From positions 1 to 35,304 of the IMG/VR virus record IMGVR_UViG_3300017766_001811: a stretch of 35,304 bases of DNA. One strand, written 5' to 3'. A model generated the notes under the pieces. That model did not search any database and was not told where the DNA came from. It saw only the letters and a program-made list of their open reading frames with translations. Positions 7,811 through 15,293 of the stretch are shown here, in pieces; positions within the stretch are counted from its first letter, which is position 1, and every line of letters begins with the position of its first letter. Both the position numbers and the translations under genes were made by a program. The stretch is from a virus (taxonomy: Duplodnaviria; Caudoviricetes).

Positions 7811-8126
7811 CGTAGGAGGTTGCCCACTGGTCGAGGGTCTGTACTGCTCGCCACAACCCGCCGCGTAGACGGATGAATGTGACGGCGTGGGTGGTGTCTG
7901 CGTTCAACCGTTGGTCTTCGGCTGCTTCTGGTTTCTCACGTATGGCGCGAAGTGCGTTGGACCAGTCTGCGACCTGTGCGGTCCAGTCTTCTAGCCCGTG
8001 GAGGTCACCGACGTCTTCTCGTCGGCCGGCTCCGAGTTTCCTAACGATGTGCTGTCCGGTCAGGCCGGAGATCAGCCGTGCGATCTCTCGTTCTGCTCTG
8101 TCGCCCTTTGCCTTACCATCAGTCAC
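7776..8126 (-). CDS. Holliday junction resolvase-like PD-(D/E)XK nuclease
   Basis: KAKGDRAEREIA...DVGDL...W..QV pattern. Start taken as GTG 8126. Confidence 0.6.
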   Translation of the reverse strand: MTDGKAKGDRAEREIARLISGLTGQHIVRKLGAGRREDVGDLHGLEDWTAQVADWSNALRAIREKPEAAEDQRLNADTTHAVTFIRLRGGLWRAVQTLDQWATSYDATRDLPDTDI

Positions 8127-8343
8127 CGGGCTGGTGTTGGTTGCGGATCTTGGCGATGGTCGGTGCGGTGACACCGGCTGCGGCTGCGACAGTACGCAGA
8201 CTGAGACCCTGGGTGAGTGCTTCCAGGATCAACCGTTCCTGTTCTGTGCGCGTGACGGCCAGAACAGCAGTACAGGACGACAGCCGTTCAAGCGTGTTGA
8301 ACTGTTTGTCGATGTCGGTAGTGTGGTCGGTGTCCGGTGTCAT
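8119..8343 (-). CDS. Small HTH DNA-binding protein
   Basis: GLSLRTVAAAAGVTAPTIAKI helix-turn-helix. Confidence 0.7.
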   Translation of the reverse strand: MTPDTDHTTDIDKQFNTLERLSSCTAVLAVTRTEQERLILEALTQGLSLRTVAAAAGVTAPTIAKIRNQHQPGD

Positions 8344-8489
8344 CTGATCCGGCCTTTCTTGTCGATGGTTTCGGTCTTCTCACTGCGGACGGTCCACTCA
8401 CCGCGGCTGTTCCTGGTGATCTCTTGGACCGTGACGGCATGTACGGTCCATCGGGTGTGGCTGTTGTTGTCGACTGGTGTTGGTCTCAT
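8340..8489 (-). CDS. Hypothetical protein (49 aa)
   Basis: AAGGA RBS, ATG 8489, ATGA overlap with the next gene. Translated by hand (MRPTPVDNNSH...KKGRIR). Confidence 0.5.
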   Translation of the reverse strand: MRPTPVDNNSHTRWTVHAVTVQEITRNSRGEWTVRSEKTETIDKKGRIR

Positions 8490-8503
8490 CTGTGGTCCTT
8501 AGC

Positions 8504-8776
8504 CTAGCATCCGAACGGGCACAGGTCGCTGTCTAGTGGTGTCCAACATTCGGTACACAGTCCGAGTTTGATGGCCAACAGGTGGGTGTGTCCGCGTACG
8601 TCGAGAGCGTCAAGTATCCATCCTCGGACCTGGGCTGCGAGCCGGTGGCCGGTCTGGTCACCAGGCTTGACCCCATCGTAGGCGAGGTTCCAGATGTCGA
8701 CCAGGGTTGAAGTCGGGGCTGCGGCTAGGAGATCTTTGGCCTGTTGGTGGATTTCTGCTGCACGTCGGTTCTCCAT
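8504..8776 (-). CDS. Hypothetical protein with C-terminal Cys cluster
   Basis: GGGAGG RBS; CTEC...CPFGC tail. Confidence 0.6.
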   Translation of the reverse strand: MENRRAAEIHQQAKDLLAAAPTSTLVDIWNLAYDGVKPGDQTGHRLAAQVRGWILDALDVRGHTHLLAIKLGLCTECWTPLDSDLCPFGC

Positions 8777-8778
8777 GA

Positions 8779-8979
8779 TCAACCTCCCACCGTGTAAAGG
8801 ATGACACCGGTCTCGGTGTCTCGCAACACGGCCTGTTGACCACTGCCGTTGTAGGCGCTCTCAGTCGCCACCATCGCCCACTCACGGTCATCAGTGGTCA
8901 GGATGACACCAACTGGGATCGAGACGCAGTACCTGCGTCGTTCAGTGGTGCGGCTCGTGTCTGTCGGCCAGTTCGCCAT
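8779..8979 (-). CDS. Hypothetical protein, first gene of cassette 1
   Basis: ATG 5 nt after GAGGAGG of the repeated leader. Confidence 0.65.
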   Translation of the reverse strand: MANWPTDTSRTTERRRYCVSIPVGVILTTDDREWAMVATESAYNGSGQQAVLRDTETGVILYTVGG

Positions 8980-9066
8980 GTCTGCCTCCTCAGGCTCTGT
9001 CGGTGGTGTCTCCTCCGACCCCCAAAGTAAACCACACCCCAACCACCCATGTCAAGTCCTTTTACG
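8980..9066 (-). promoter_or_regulatory. Repeated promoter/leader/RBS element, copy 1
   Basis: GTAAAA, TTGACA (9055-9050), 18-nt spacer ending TGG, TTTACT, then GGGGGTCGG...CCGACAGAGCCTGAGGAGGC-ATG. Confidence 0.8.
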
Positions 9067-10339
9067 CGTCGGGTGGGTCTGTGGCGTCGATCCTACGCGC
9101 AACCCAGGCTGCTACCGGAGCCACCACACCGTTACCACACAACGTGTAACGGGCACCGTCACGCATCTCGATAGTATCACCAGCCTCATCTACACCCAGG
9201 GCTGTGTGCAGGTCGGGCCAACCCATAAGACGTTCACATTCCAACGGGGTCAGACGACGAACTGCGAGATCCGGTATGTTGTACAGATCTTCTACCTTAG
9301 CAACAGCATAAGTCTTGCTAGTGGTCAGAGGTGGAACAGTGTCTTCATGGATATCACCAGCGAGTTGGTTTCCTTGCCAACCTAAACTGACCACTTCAGT
9401 GGCATCTCCGATCGTGGGTATAAGATTGCCCTCACCAGCATCGATCCGAGTCGGTGGCCCACCAGCATCCCGCGCCAACAACTGGTTAGCGACCTTCGGC
9501 AAGGCCTGCGCCAAAAACAGGTTCGCATCGACCTCTGGGGCACCCATCACCTGATTGCCATAGGCTGCAGTCAAAGAACCAACAATATCCGGCACCAACG
9601 GTTCCTTACCCATCAACGGCGTTGGGGTCTGTGTCCCATCCGGCTCTACCACAACATGGGTCCCGATACCATCTAGGTCGGAGTGGCTTCGCGAGATACG
9701 ACCCGCTCCAAGGCTGCCTGCAACACCACCGGCAGTGTCTTCTCGCGTCTGGCGGATCTCCTGATGATACCTGCGCATGCCTTCGCTGTCAGAAAGTACT
9801 TCTGACCAGGATTCGGCTCGAGGATCGAAACCAACGACACCGATAACACGTCGACGTCGCTGGGGGACTCCGAAGAACTGTGAATCAACAACCCGGTGTT
9901 CCTGGACCACCGCGCCGATTTCGTCCCACGCGGCATAACAAGATCCCAGGGTGTTTCCGAGTGTGAGGAGTCCTTGGACGTTCTCCCAGACGACCCACCT
10001 AGGGGAAGCACCCATTGTTCCATCTCGCATCTCCTTTACAATCCTGACGAACTCGTAGAACAAACCTGAACGGGTACCTTCAACCATACCGGCACGCTGG
10101 CCGGCAGACGACAGGTCCTGACAGGGGAAACCACCGACGATCACATCGACCGGTTCGATCTCAGCACCGTTGATCTCGGTCACATCAGGGTAACGGGCCA
10201 CATCAGGCCAGTGGTACCGTTCAACCATCTGTGCATGTTTGTTGATCTCAACCTGCCAACGGCACGACCAACCTTCGGACTCTAGCCCGAGATCGATACC
10301 GCCGGCACCAGCAAAAAGACTACCGAACGTCCTGGTCAT
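9062..10339 (-). CDS. C5-cytosine DNA methyltransferase
   Basis: Motifs FAGAGG, GGFPCQ, WENV, PQRRRR, RRLTPLECERLMGWP, GNGV. Confidence 0.93.
   Translation of the reverse strand: MTRTFGSLFAGAGGIDLGLESEGWSCRWQVEINKHAQMVERYHWPDVARYPDVTEINGAEIEPVDVIVGGFPCQDLSSAGQRAGMVEGTRSGLFYEFVRIVKEMRDGTMGASPRWVVWENVQGLLTLGNTLGSCYAAWDEIGAVVQEHRVVDSQFFGVPQRRRRVIGVVGFDPRAESWSEVLSDSEGMRRYHQEIRQTREDTAGGVAGSLGAGRISRSHSDLDGIGTHVVVEPDGTQTPTPLMGKEPLVPDIVGSLTAAYGNQVMGAPEVDANLFLAQALPKVANQLLARDAGGPPTRIDAGEGNLIPTIGDATEVVSLGWQGNQLAGDIHEDTVPPLTTSKTYAVAKVEDLYNIPDLAVRRLTPLECERLMGWPDLHTALGVDEAGDTIEMRDGARYTLCGNGVVAPVAAWVARRIDATDPPDA
9673..10023 (-). CDS. Overprinted alternative-frame polypeptide inside the methyltransferase (M.EcoHK31I beta-like)
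   Basis: Own AAGGAG RBS. ESPS...SLVSILE...KYFLTAKACAGIIRRS.RR.K.LP..LQAAL pattern. Confidence 0.65.
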   Translation of the reverse strand: MEQWVLPLGGSSGRTSKDSSHSETPWDLVMPRGTKSARWSRNTGLLIHSSSESPSDVDVLSVSLVSILEPNPGQKYFLTAKACAGIIRRSARREKTLPVVLQAALERVVSREATPT

Positions 10340-10680
10340 TCGAACTCCTTACCGGATTTCGACTGTAGCAGAGTGATGGACAGCCATTCGTGGCCGCAAC
10401 TGCCACACTTTAGCATAGCCTGGGTACGTGCCCCGCTGGCTGACACTCGACCTGCAGCCAACAGGTGGAGCATCCCACCACAATCCAGACAGGACACCGT
10501 TACTCGGATCTCTGGCATCGCTGGCAGGTTGTCGCGTTCTGCCTGTCGTCTAGCCTGAGCGATCTTTGTCCGCTCAGCCAGATACTGGTCCCGGTCGGTT
10601 GCACACAGGTCACACCGGCAACCGTAGTTCTTCCAACCGGTTTTTGTACCGTGGTGGTTTGTACGGTGGTCGTTCTTCAC
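10336..10680 (-). CDS. Cys-rich zinc-binding hypothetical protein
   Basis: HGT...YGCRCDLC plus CLDC/CGSC zinc ribbon. GTGA and ATGA overlaps with neighbours. Confidence 0.65.
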   Translation of the reverse strand: MKNDHRTNHHGTKTGWKNYGCRCDLCATDRDQYLAERTKIAQARRQAERDNLPAMPEIRVTVSCLDCGGMLHLLAAGRVSASGARTQAMLKCGSCGHEWLSITLLQSKSGKEFE

Positions 10681-11033
10681 CTGACTCTCCACGGTCGGGC
10701 ACCAGCCTTCGCATAGAGCGCCCAGGCTGCACGCACGTTACAGTCAGCGTTCATCCATTGGCTGTTGTTACAGCCGGCGGACCGGTAGAAAGGAGCCGAA
10801 TAACGTAGCAACATCTGGAAACAACCTCGAGCGGAAGACCGGCGGTTTGCAGCGGTCGGGATACCACGTGACTCCCGGTGGACGATCCTGTGTGCCCAGG
10901 GTCGCAGGTTGGCTGGCCAGTAACGGTCCACCGCTGCGTGACACGGACCGGACCAGACCGGTGCGGCATCGGTAGTGTCGGTGGCCACCAGTACAGAACT
11001 GACGGTCACCAGGATCAACAGGATCTTTCTCAC
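10677..11033 (-). CDS. Secreted lytic transglycosylase (SLT / lysozyme-like fold)
   Basis: Signal-peptide-like N-terminus; HRESRG...N..SSARGCFQ catalytic motif; G..PW ending. Confidence 0.8.
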   Translation of the reverse strand: MRKILLILVTVSSVLVATDTTDAAPVWSGPCHAAVDRYWPANLRPWAHRIVHRESRGIPTAANRRSSARGCFQMLLRYSAPFYRSAGCNNSQWMNADCNVRAAWALYAKAGARPWRVR

Positions 11034-11281
11034 AGTCCTACCTCTTTCTTTGCTTGTTCGAGCAGTTGACGCCACACATCTGGGTGGTGTTGTTTGATCC
11101 AGCGGATCGCCAGCCGGTTGGTGAGACTGCCGGCACGCATATGGAGGTTGGTCCTGGTGGTCCGGTCCTCTCGTCTACGTCGGGTGTAGGTTGCGTTGGC
11201 TTCACGACATCCGTCGCAACGACAGCCCTTCAGATAGGTGCTGCGTGTGACCGGTGCATCGACCATGTGGGCATCGTTCAT
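11030..11281 (-). CDS. Hypothetical protein with GCRCxxC motif
   Basis: TYLKGCRCDGCREAN. ATG 11281 after AGAGG. Confidence 0.6.
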   Translation of the reverse strand: MNDAHMVDAPVTRSTYLKGCRCDGCREANATYTRRRREDRTTRTNLHMRAGSLTNRLAIRWIKQHHPDVWRQLLEQAKKEVGL

Positions 11282-11448
11282 CGTGTCTCTACCTCTCTGG
11301 TGTTCTTGGTGGCTCGAGCGATCATCCGACGGCGACGCGCTTCCTGCCGATGGTGGAACTCCTGAAAACCGGCTCCACACCAGAACCCGAGAACGATCCC
11401 GAACACCAGTGCTAGCCCTGCAGCCTGGGCGACTGTGGCGAGGATCAT
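11278..11448 (-). CDS. Small membrane protein (56 aa)
   Basis: MILATVAQAAGLALVFGIVLGFWCGAG then a basic tail. ATGA overlaps at both ends. Confidence 0.55.
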   Translation of the reverse strand: MILATVAQAAGLALVFGIVLGFWCGAGFQEFHHRQEARRRRMIARATKNTREVETR

Positions 11449-11840
11449 GGCTGGTTCTCCTCGTTACGTGCAGCCTGGAGCAGCCGTTCACGGTTACGGA
11501 TGATCAACGGTACCGCATCAGGGACGAACCGGTCTTCACCATCGATGGTGCGGACCGAACCGAACATCGTTGCCTCTGTGAACAGGATGATCTTGAACGG
11601 TCCGAACATCCGAGACACCATACAGAAAAAAGTGGTGTGTTTGGATGCGGTGATCTGCCACTCGTCATCTAGCAGATCCATCACCACGTCGGCCGGGCAG
11701 GACACCATCTCGAACTTCGGATGTGGCACATGTGGGTGGATCGCCAGCCATGCGGCGAGGTCACGTAGGCTGTCGACTGCGTTTGACAGCCGGTGCAGGT
11801 CGGGTCGGGTCGCTGGGATCCCATCGTACATCTTAGCCAT
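11445..11840 (-). CDS. Hypothetical protein
   Basis: Open frame, ATG 11840 after AGAAAG; fills the gap after the hairpin. Confidence 0.6.
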   Translation of the reverse strand: MAKMYDGIPATRPDLHRLSNAVDSLRDLAAWLAIHPHVPHPKFEMVSCPADVVMDLLDDEWQITASKHTTFFCMVSRMFGPFKIILFTEATMFGSVRTIDGEDRFVPDAVPLIIRNRERLLQAARNEENQP

Positions 11841-11865
11841 GTTGTTGTTCTTTCTGTGGGTGGGT

Positions 11866-11915
11866 GTGCCGGCCGGACCGGGAGAGGAAGGAAGGGTGGT
11901 TGGTCCGACCGGCAC
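11866..11915 (-). terminator. 14-bp hairpin closing the cassette-2 transcript
   Basis: GTGCCGGTCGGACC...GGTCCGGCCGGCAC. One G-U pair forms only on the minus strand. Starts 4 nt after a stop codon. Confidence 0.65.
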
Positions 11916-11919
11916 GATC

Positions 11920-12237
11920 TTATAGGAGTGCTCGAGCAGCCTGGAGACGTTCTCGGACTGAGATCGCTAGGTCGTACCCGGTTTGGTCTGCCTGTTCGTA
12001 ACAGGTGTCGATCTCGAGGTCGGTGGCGAACAGCCACAGATCCCAGATCCTGGGTTGGTCTTCTGGCAGCCGGACAACACAGACATACCGGCTGTGCTTG
12101 TTGGCATATCGGACCGCATCTGAGAGCAGTTCCACCAGCCGGACCATAAGATCTTCATCTCCTGGTTCACCATCCCAATAGTCAAGGTTGGTGTGGAGGT
12201 TCTCGATGGCGTCGGCTGCACTTGAGATCTCTGGCAT
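11920..12237 (-). CDS. Hypothetical protein
   Basis: Open frame; start uncertain, MPEISS chosen. Confidence 0.55.
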   Translation of the reverse strand: MPEISSAADAIENLHTNLDYWDGEPGDEDLMVRLVELLSDAVRYANKHSRYVCVVRLPEDQPRIWDLWLFATDLEIDTCYEQADQTGYDLAISVRERLQAARALL

Positions 12238-12254
12238 TGTGATGAACACTCTGA

Positions 12255-12452
12255 TCACTGGTTGTCCCCTGGGTCCTGTCGGTGGGTGCCACGGTCGGTG
12301 GTCTCGCGTCGCACACGGTCCCAGATGGTCCAGGATCGTACACCGGGTTGGTTTTTGATCGACCGGTAGGCTGCGGTCAAGGTGGATGTGGTGTACACCG
12401 GTCGTAGCCTGTGGTTGTCGTCGGTGGAGATGTTGATCTGGTAACGGTCCAT
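12255..12452 (-). CDS. Hypothetical protein
   Basis: GGGAGGA RBS before the ATG. Confidence 0.6.
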   Translation of the reverse strand: MDRYQINISTDDNHRLRPVYTTSTLTAAYRSIKNQPGVRSWTIWDRVRRETTDRGTHRQDPGDNQ

Positions 12453-12455
12453 CGG

Positions 12456-12839
12456 TCAGTCCTCCCACAACGTGCCGGTGTAGCAGGCGTCAAGCACGGC
12501 GAGGATCTCATCCATACCGGTGATGGTGAACGAACCCTGCTGGTAGCCTTTCGGCTCGTCGACCGGGATACCAGCCAGGATCTGCAGCAGCGGCTCAACA
12601 AGAGCGGTAGAACGCTGCATACGGTGCGGGAACCGACCGAGTGCACGTGTGATCAAGGTGTGGAACCGGGCAACGGTGGCGTAGGAGATGTCCCAGATCT
12701 CAAGTGCCGGTACCGTGTCGCTACCCAGGTCAAGGTAGGTCTCGGTGATGTTCATCCGGCGAGCATCGAACCCGAACTCATCCACCAGGATGGTGGTCAG
12801 TTCTTCCAGCGATGCGGTGCTGTTAGCGGTGGTGTTCAT
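12456..12839 (-). CDS. Hypothetical protein, first gene of cassette 2
   Basis: ATG directly after the repeated leader/RBS. Confidence 0.7.
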   Translation of the reverse strand: MNTTANSTASLEELTTILVDEFGFDARRMNITETYLDLGSDTVPALEIWDISYATVARFHTLITRALGRFPHRMQRSTALVEPLLQILAGIPVDEPKGYQQGSFTITGMDEILAVLDACYTGTLWED

Positions 12840-12932
12840 TCTGTTTGCCTCCTCAGGCTCTGTCGTCGGGAACCGTTCCCTCCGACCCCCATATCTTATC
12901 AGACCCTACAACCCATGTCAAGCATTTTTACA
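12840..12932 (-). promoter_or_regulatory. Repeated promoter/leader/RBS element, copy 2
   Basis: TGTAAAAA, TTGACA (12921-12916)-N17-TAAGAT (12898-12893), leader hairpin, AGAGCCTGAGGAGGC. Confidence 0.85.
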
Positions 12933-13434
12933 GGTCGGGTGGTGGTCCGGTCTTCTCCAACCGGCGCACCGTACCTTCAGCACTGGAACACAGGTACTGT
13001 TGGTCCCATTCGAACTGGCTACGGTCGCTGTAGTGCCGAGCATCGGACAGCATTTCATCGAACTCGGCTGCGGTCAGTTCGACCGTCACCTCGTTCTTAC
13101 GTCGCGAGATCAGCCGGCCACCAGGAAGGTCACGGGCAACATGGTCGTCGTAGAAACGGGCCAGCAACCGGTACTTCTTGACGGTCACCGTTGGCTGGCT
13201 AGCCTCTGTGGCATCGTCACCCTGGGTGTCTGGCTGGTCAGACGCCTCGTCAGCAAACACCCACCAGTCAAAGGTGTGGTTGGTGGTGGTGACCCGTTCA
13301 AGTCTGGCGACACCAGGCGTACCGTCGGGCCAGATGAACGGCACAAGGTCACCTGCCTTGTGTTCTTTCCTGGACAGCAGGATTCGGATCTCGTCACCTG
13401 AGACGCTGATCCTGTCGCGGTATGGGGTGTTCAT
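12928..13434 (-). CDS. Hypothetical protein
   Basis: Open frame ending at the TAA inside the copy-2 promoter. Start at 13434 or 13443. Confidence 0.6.
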   Translation of the reverse strand: MNTPYRDRISVSGDEIRILLSRKEHKAGDLVPFIWPDGTPGVARLERVTTTNHTFDWWVFADEASDQPDTQGDDATEASQPTVTVKKYRLLARFYDDHVARDLPGGRLISRRKNEVTVELTAAEFDEMLSDARHYSDRSQFEWDQQYLCSSAEGTVRRLEKTGPPPDL

Positions 13435-13445
13435 CTTGTCCATCC

Positions 13446-13715
13446 TCACTTTGCTCGGTGTGTCTTCGGGATCTTCTTGGCACATTCATTACCGACTGGG
13501 AACCAACCCTGGGACTCGACACCGGCTGGCCAGTCCTGTTCTGGCAGGTCGACCGGTGCGATGGTCAGGTCTACGGTCATGTGGACCCACCAACCGCGTT
13601 CTGCTGCTCGAGCGGTCAGACCTCGACCGCAGAGCCAACACTGGTCTGTGTGTCGCTGCGGGTCGTAGGTCGGGTGTGTGTCTGCGTCATGTGTGATACT
13701 GATGAACTCATCCAT
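13446..13715 (-). CDS. Hypothetical zinc-binding protein
   Basis: CWLCGR...H...PVGNECAKK. ATG follows leader copy 3. Confidence 0.7.
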   Translation of the reverse strand: MDEFISITHDADTHPTYDPQRHTDQCWLCGRGLTARAAERGWWVHMTVDLTIAPVDLPEQDWPAGVESQGWFPVGNECAKKIPKTHRAK

Positions 13716-13743
13716 CTGTGCCTCCTCAGGCTCTTGTGTCGGG
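13716..13743 (-). promoter_or_regulatory. Repeated RBS element, copy 3 (no promoter part)
   Basis: CCGACACAAGAGCCTGAGGAGGCACAG-ATG. Confidence 0.75.
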
Positions 13744-13759
13744 TCGGTGTTGGTGCGGG

Positions 13760-13927
13760 TCACCGGATGACCCGCACCGTCACCCCCTGGGGAAGGATCC
13801 CCAGGGACTGGTAATGGACGATGTGTCGACGGCAGTCCTTGATCGTCCACGCACCAGCCAGGTACGGGTGGACCGGGGTGGAGACCCGGTAGGCACCCTG
13901 GCTGTTCTTGCGGATGGTCACGTTCAT
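13760..13927 (-). CDS. Hypothetical protein (55 aa), first gene of cassette 4
   Basis: ATG 5 nt after GAGGAGG. Confidence 0.6.
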   Translation of the reverse strand: MNVTIRKNSQGAYRVSTPVHPYLAGAWTIKDCRRHIVHYQSLGILPQGVTVRVIR

Positions 13928-14013
13928 TTTGGCCTCCTCAGGCTCTGTCGGGGGTGTTTCCCTCGACCCCCATATCTTACCAGACCCTCCCACCCGTGTC
14001 AAGGATTTTTACA
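13928..14013 (-). promoter_or_regulatory. Repeated promoter/leader/RBS element, copy 4
   Basis: TGTAAAAA, TTGACA (14002-13997)-N17-TAAGAT (13979-13974), leader hairpin, AGAGCCTGAGGAGGC. Confidence 0.85.
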
Positions 14014-14220
14014 TCATGGGGTGAAGGAAGGATCGTCAGGATCACCAAACTGCCGCGCCACGACCGACATCGCAGCCGACACACCAGCAGCAACAGCCAC
14101 CAGAACAGCAGCACGCCACTCACCAGCCGTGTCCGCACCAACCGCAGCAGCAGCCAAAGCGCCAGCAGCAGCAGCCACCGCAGCCCTGACCATACGCTCG
14201 AGCGTCCTACGCCACCACAT
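14014..14220 (-). CDS. Holin (r1t-like)
   Basis: W...LERMVR, two hydrophobic helices, GDPDDPSF tail. TGATG overlap with the endolysin. Confidence 0.7.
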   Translation of the reverse strand: MWWRRTLERMVRAAVAAAAGALAAAAVGADTAGEWRAAVLVAVAAGVSAAMSVVARQFGDPDDPSFTP

Positions 14221-14678
14221 CAGCCTGGACCCACAAACAAGAAATGATCGAACCAACGTCGCAGATCTGGCGTGTCAGGATGTGAAGCGACATCGACGAT
14301 CATGCCGGCATGTACGTGGTCTGTATGTGGGTTCACACCACGATACGGTTTGACCTTGTTGCTGGTACCATCCCAACGGTTACGGTTCCAGATCACTTCA
14401 CACACACCGGTCTGTTCCGCAGCGTTGATCAACCGCAGAAACAGTTCATCACCAGTCTGACGGTTAGGGACCATCCAATCGATCCCACGACCCACACTGT
14501 GCAACGACCAGGAGGTTCCACCGCGGACACGTCGCTTGTTGTAGATACCACCGGTCTTGACCTGTACACCGACAGACAAGAAATGTTTGATCACCACATC
14601 AGACAGAGCACGCGCCCCAGGGCGTGGACCCTGAACCTGCCGCACTTCGTCCCATGTTGCTTTCTCATATTTAGGCAT
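14220..14678 (-). CDS. Endolysin, zinc peptidase (M15-like fold), catalytic domain only
   Basis: R...SLHSVGRGID ... HTDHVH zinc-binding motifs. Flanked by two membrane genes. Confidence 0.7.
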   Translation of the reverse strand: MPKYEKATWDEVRQVQGPRPGARALSDVVIKHFLSVGVQVKTGGIYNKRRVRGGTSWSLHSVGRGIDWMVPNRQTGDELFLRLINAAEQTGVCEVIWNRNRWDGTSNKVKPYRGVNPHTDHVHAGMIVDVASHPDTPDLRRWFDHFLFVGPG

Positions 14679-14952
14679 CAGACCTGTCCTGGTTCATGTG
14701 TCGGTGTAGCCGTTCAGCAACAACCTCGTGACGGACACTCAGATCGTCCACCCGGTCACCCAGATGGTCGACCTTTCTACCTGTGATCTCAACATGTCGG
14801 GCCACAATATCGAGTTTCTGTTGGCTCTGACCATGCTGTTCGGTGTTCTCCTGCCGTGTCTTCTGTGTGAGATAGGCAGTCACTATCGCTGGCACACCAG
14901 CCAGCACACCGAACACACCTGCGATAACAGCGATAGTGATCGGTTCACTCAT
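14671..14952 (-). CDS. Membrane protein with coiled coil (lysis cassette)
   Basis: One N-terminal TM segment then a heptad-like region; directly upstream of the endolysin. Confidence 0.6.
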   Translation of the reverse strand: MSEPITIAVIAGVFGVLAGVPAIVTAYLTQKTRQENTEQHGQSQQKLDIVARHVEITGRKVDHLGDRVDDLSVRHEVVAERLHRHMNQDRSDA

Positions 14953-15293
14953 CAGCCGACGCTCCATGCCAATGCTTCATGCTCGAGGTGTGCCGGTTCC
15001 TCTCTGATGGCGTTCGCAGCGTCTTGGAGCGGCAGTACACCTTCAACCACCAGGAGTGTGGCGAGCGCACCGGTCGTGTCCAACGGTGGGTAGATGGGTG
15101 GACCGTTGTGGTTTGAGATGGTGACCGATGCAGCCAACTGGTCACCAGCGGTCAACGGCTGGTCGGTGTAGACAGCGATCTGTCCGGCCACATCGTTGGT
15201 GGCGATGAACCCTGGGACGGCGGTCTGTAGGTCGGTGGACAGAGCAGCCCAGTCGACAGCAGCCGGCGGATCAAACAGGTAACGTTCCGTCAT
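14952..15293 (-). CDS. Tail-fibre-associated protein
   Basis: Follows the tail fibre gene with an ATGA overlap. Confidence 0.5.
   Translation of the reverse strand: MTERYLFDPPAAVDWAALSTDLQTAVPGFIATNDVAGQIAVYTDQPLTAGDQLAASVTISNHNGPPIYPPLDTTGALATLLVVEGVLPLQDAANAIREEPAHLEHEALAWSVG

Noticed and set aside
8980-14013. Repeated AGAGCCTGAGGAGGC units as a CRISPR array or integron attC sites
   Set aside because: Spacing is irregular and gene-sized, each copy is an RBS before an ATG, and no cas or integrase gene is present.
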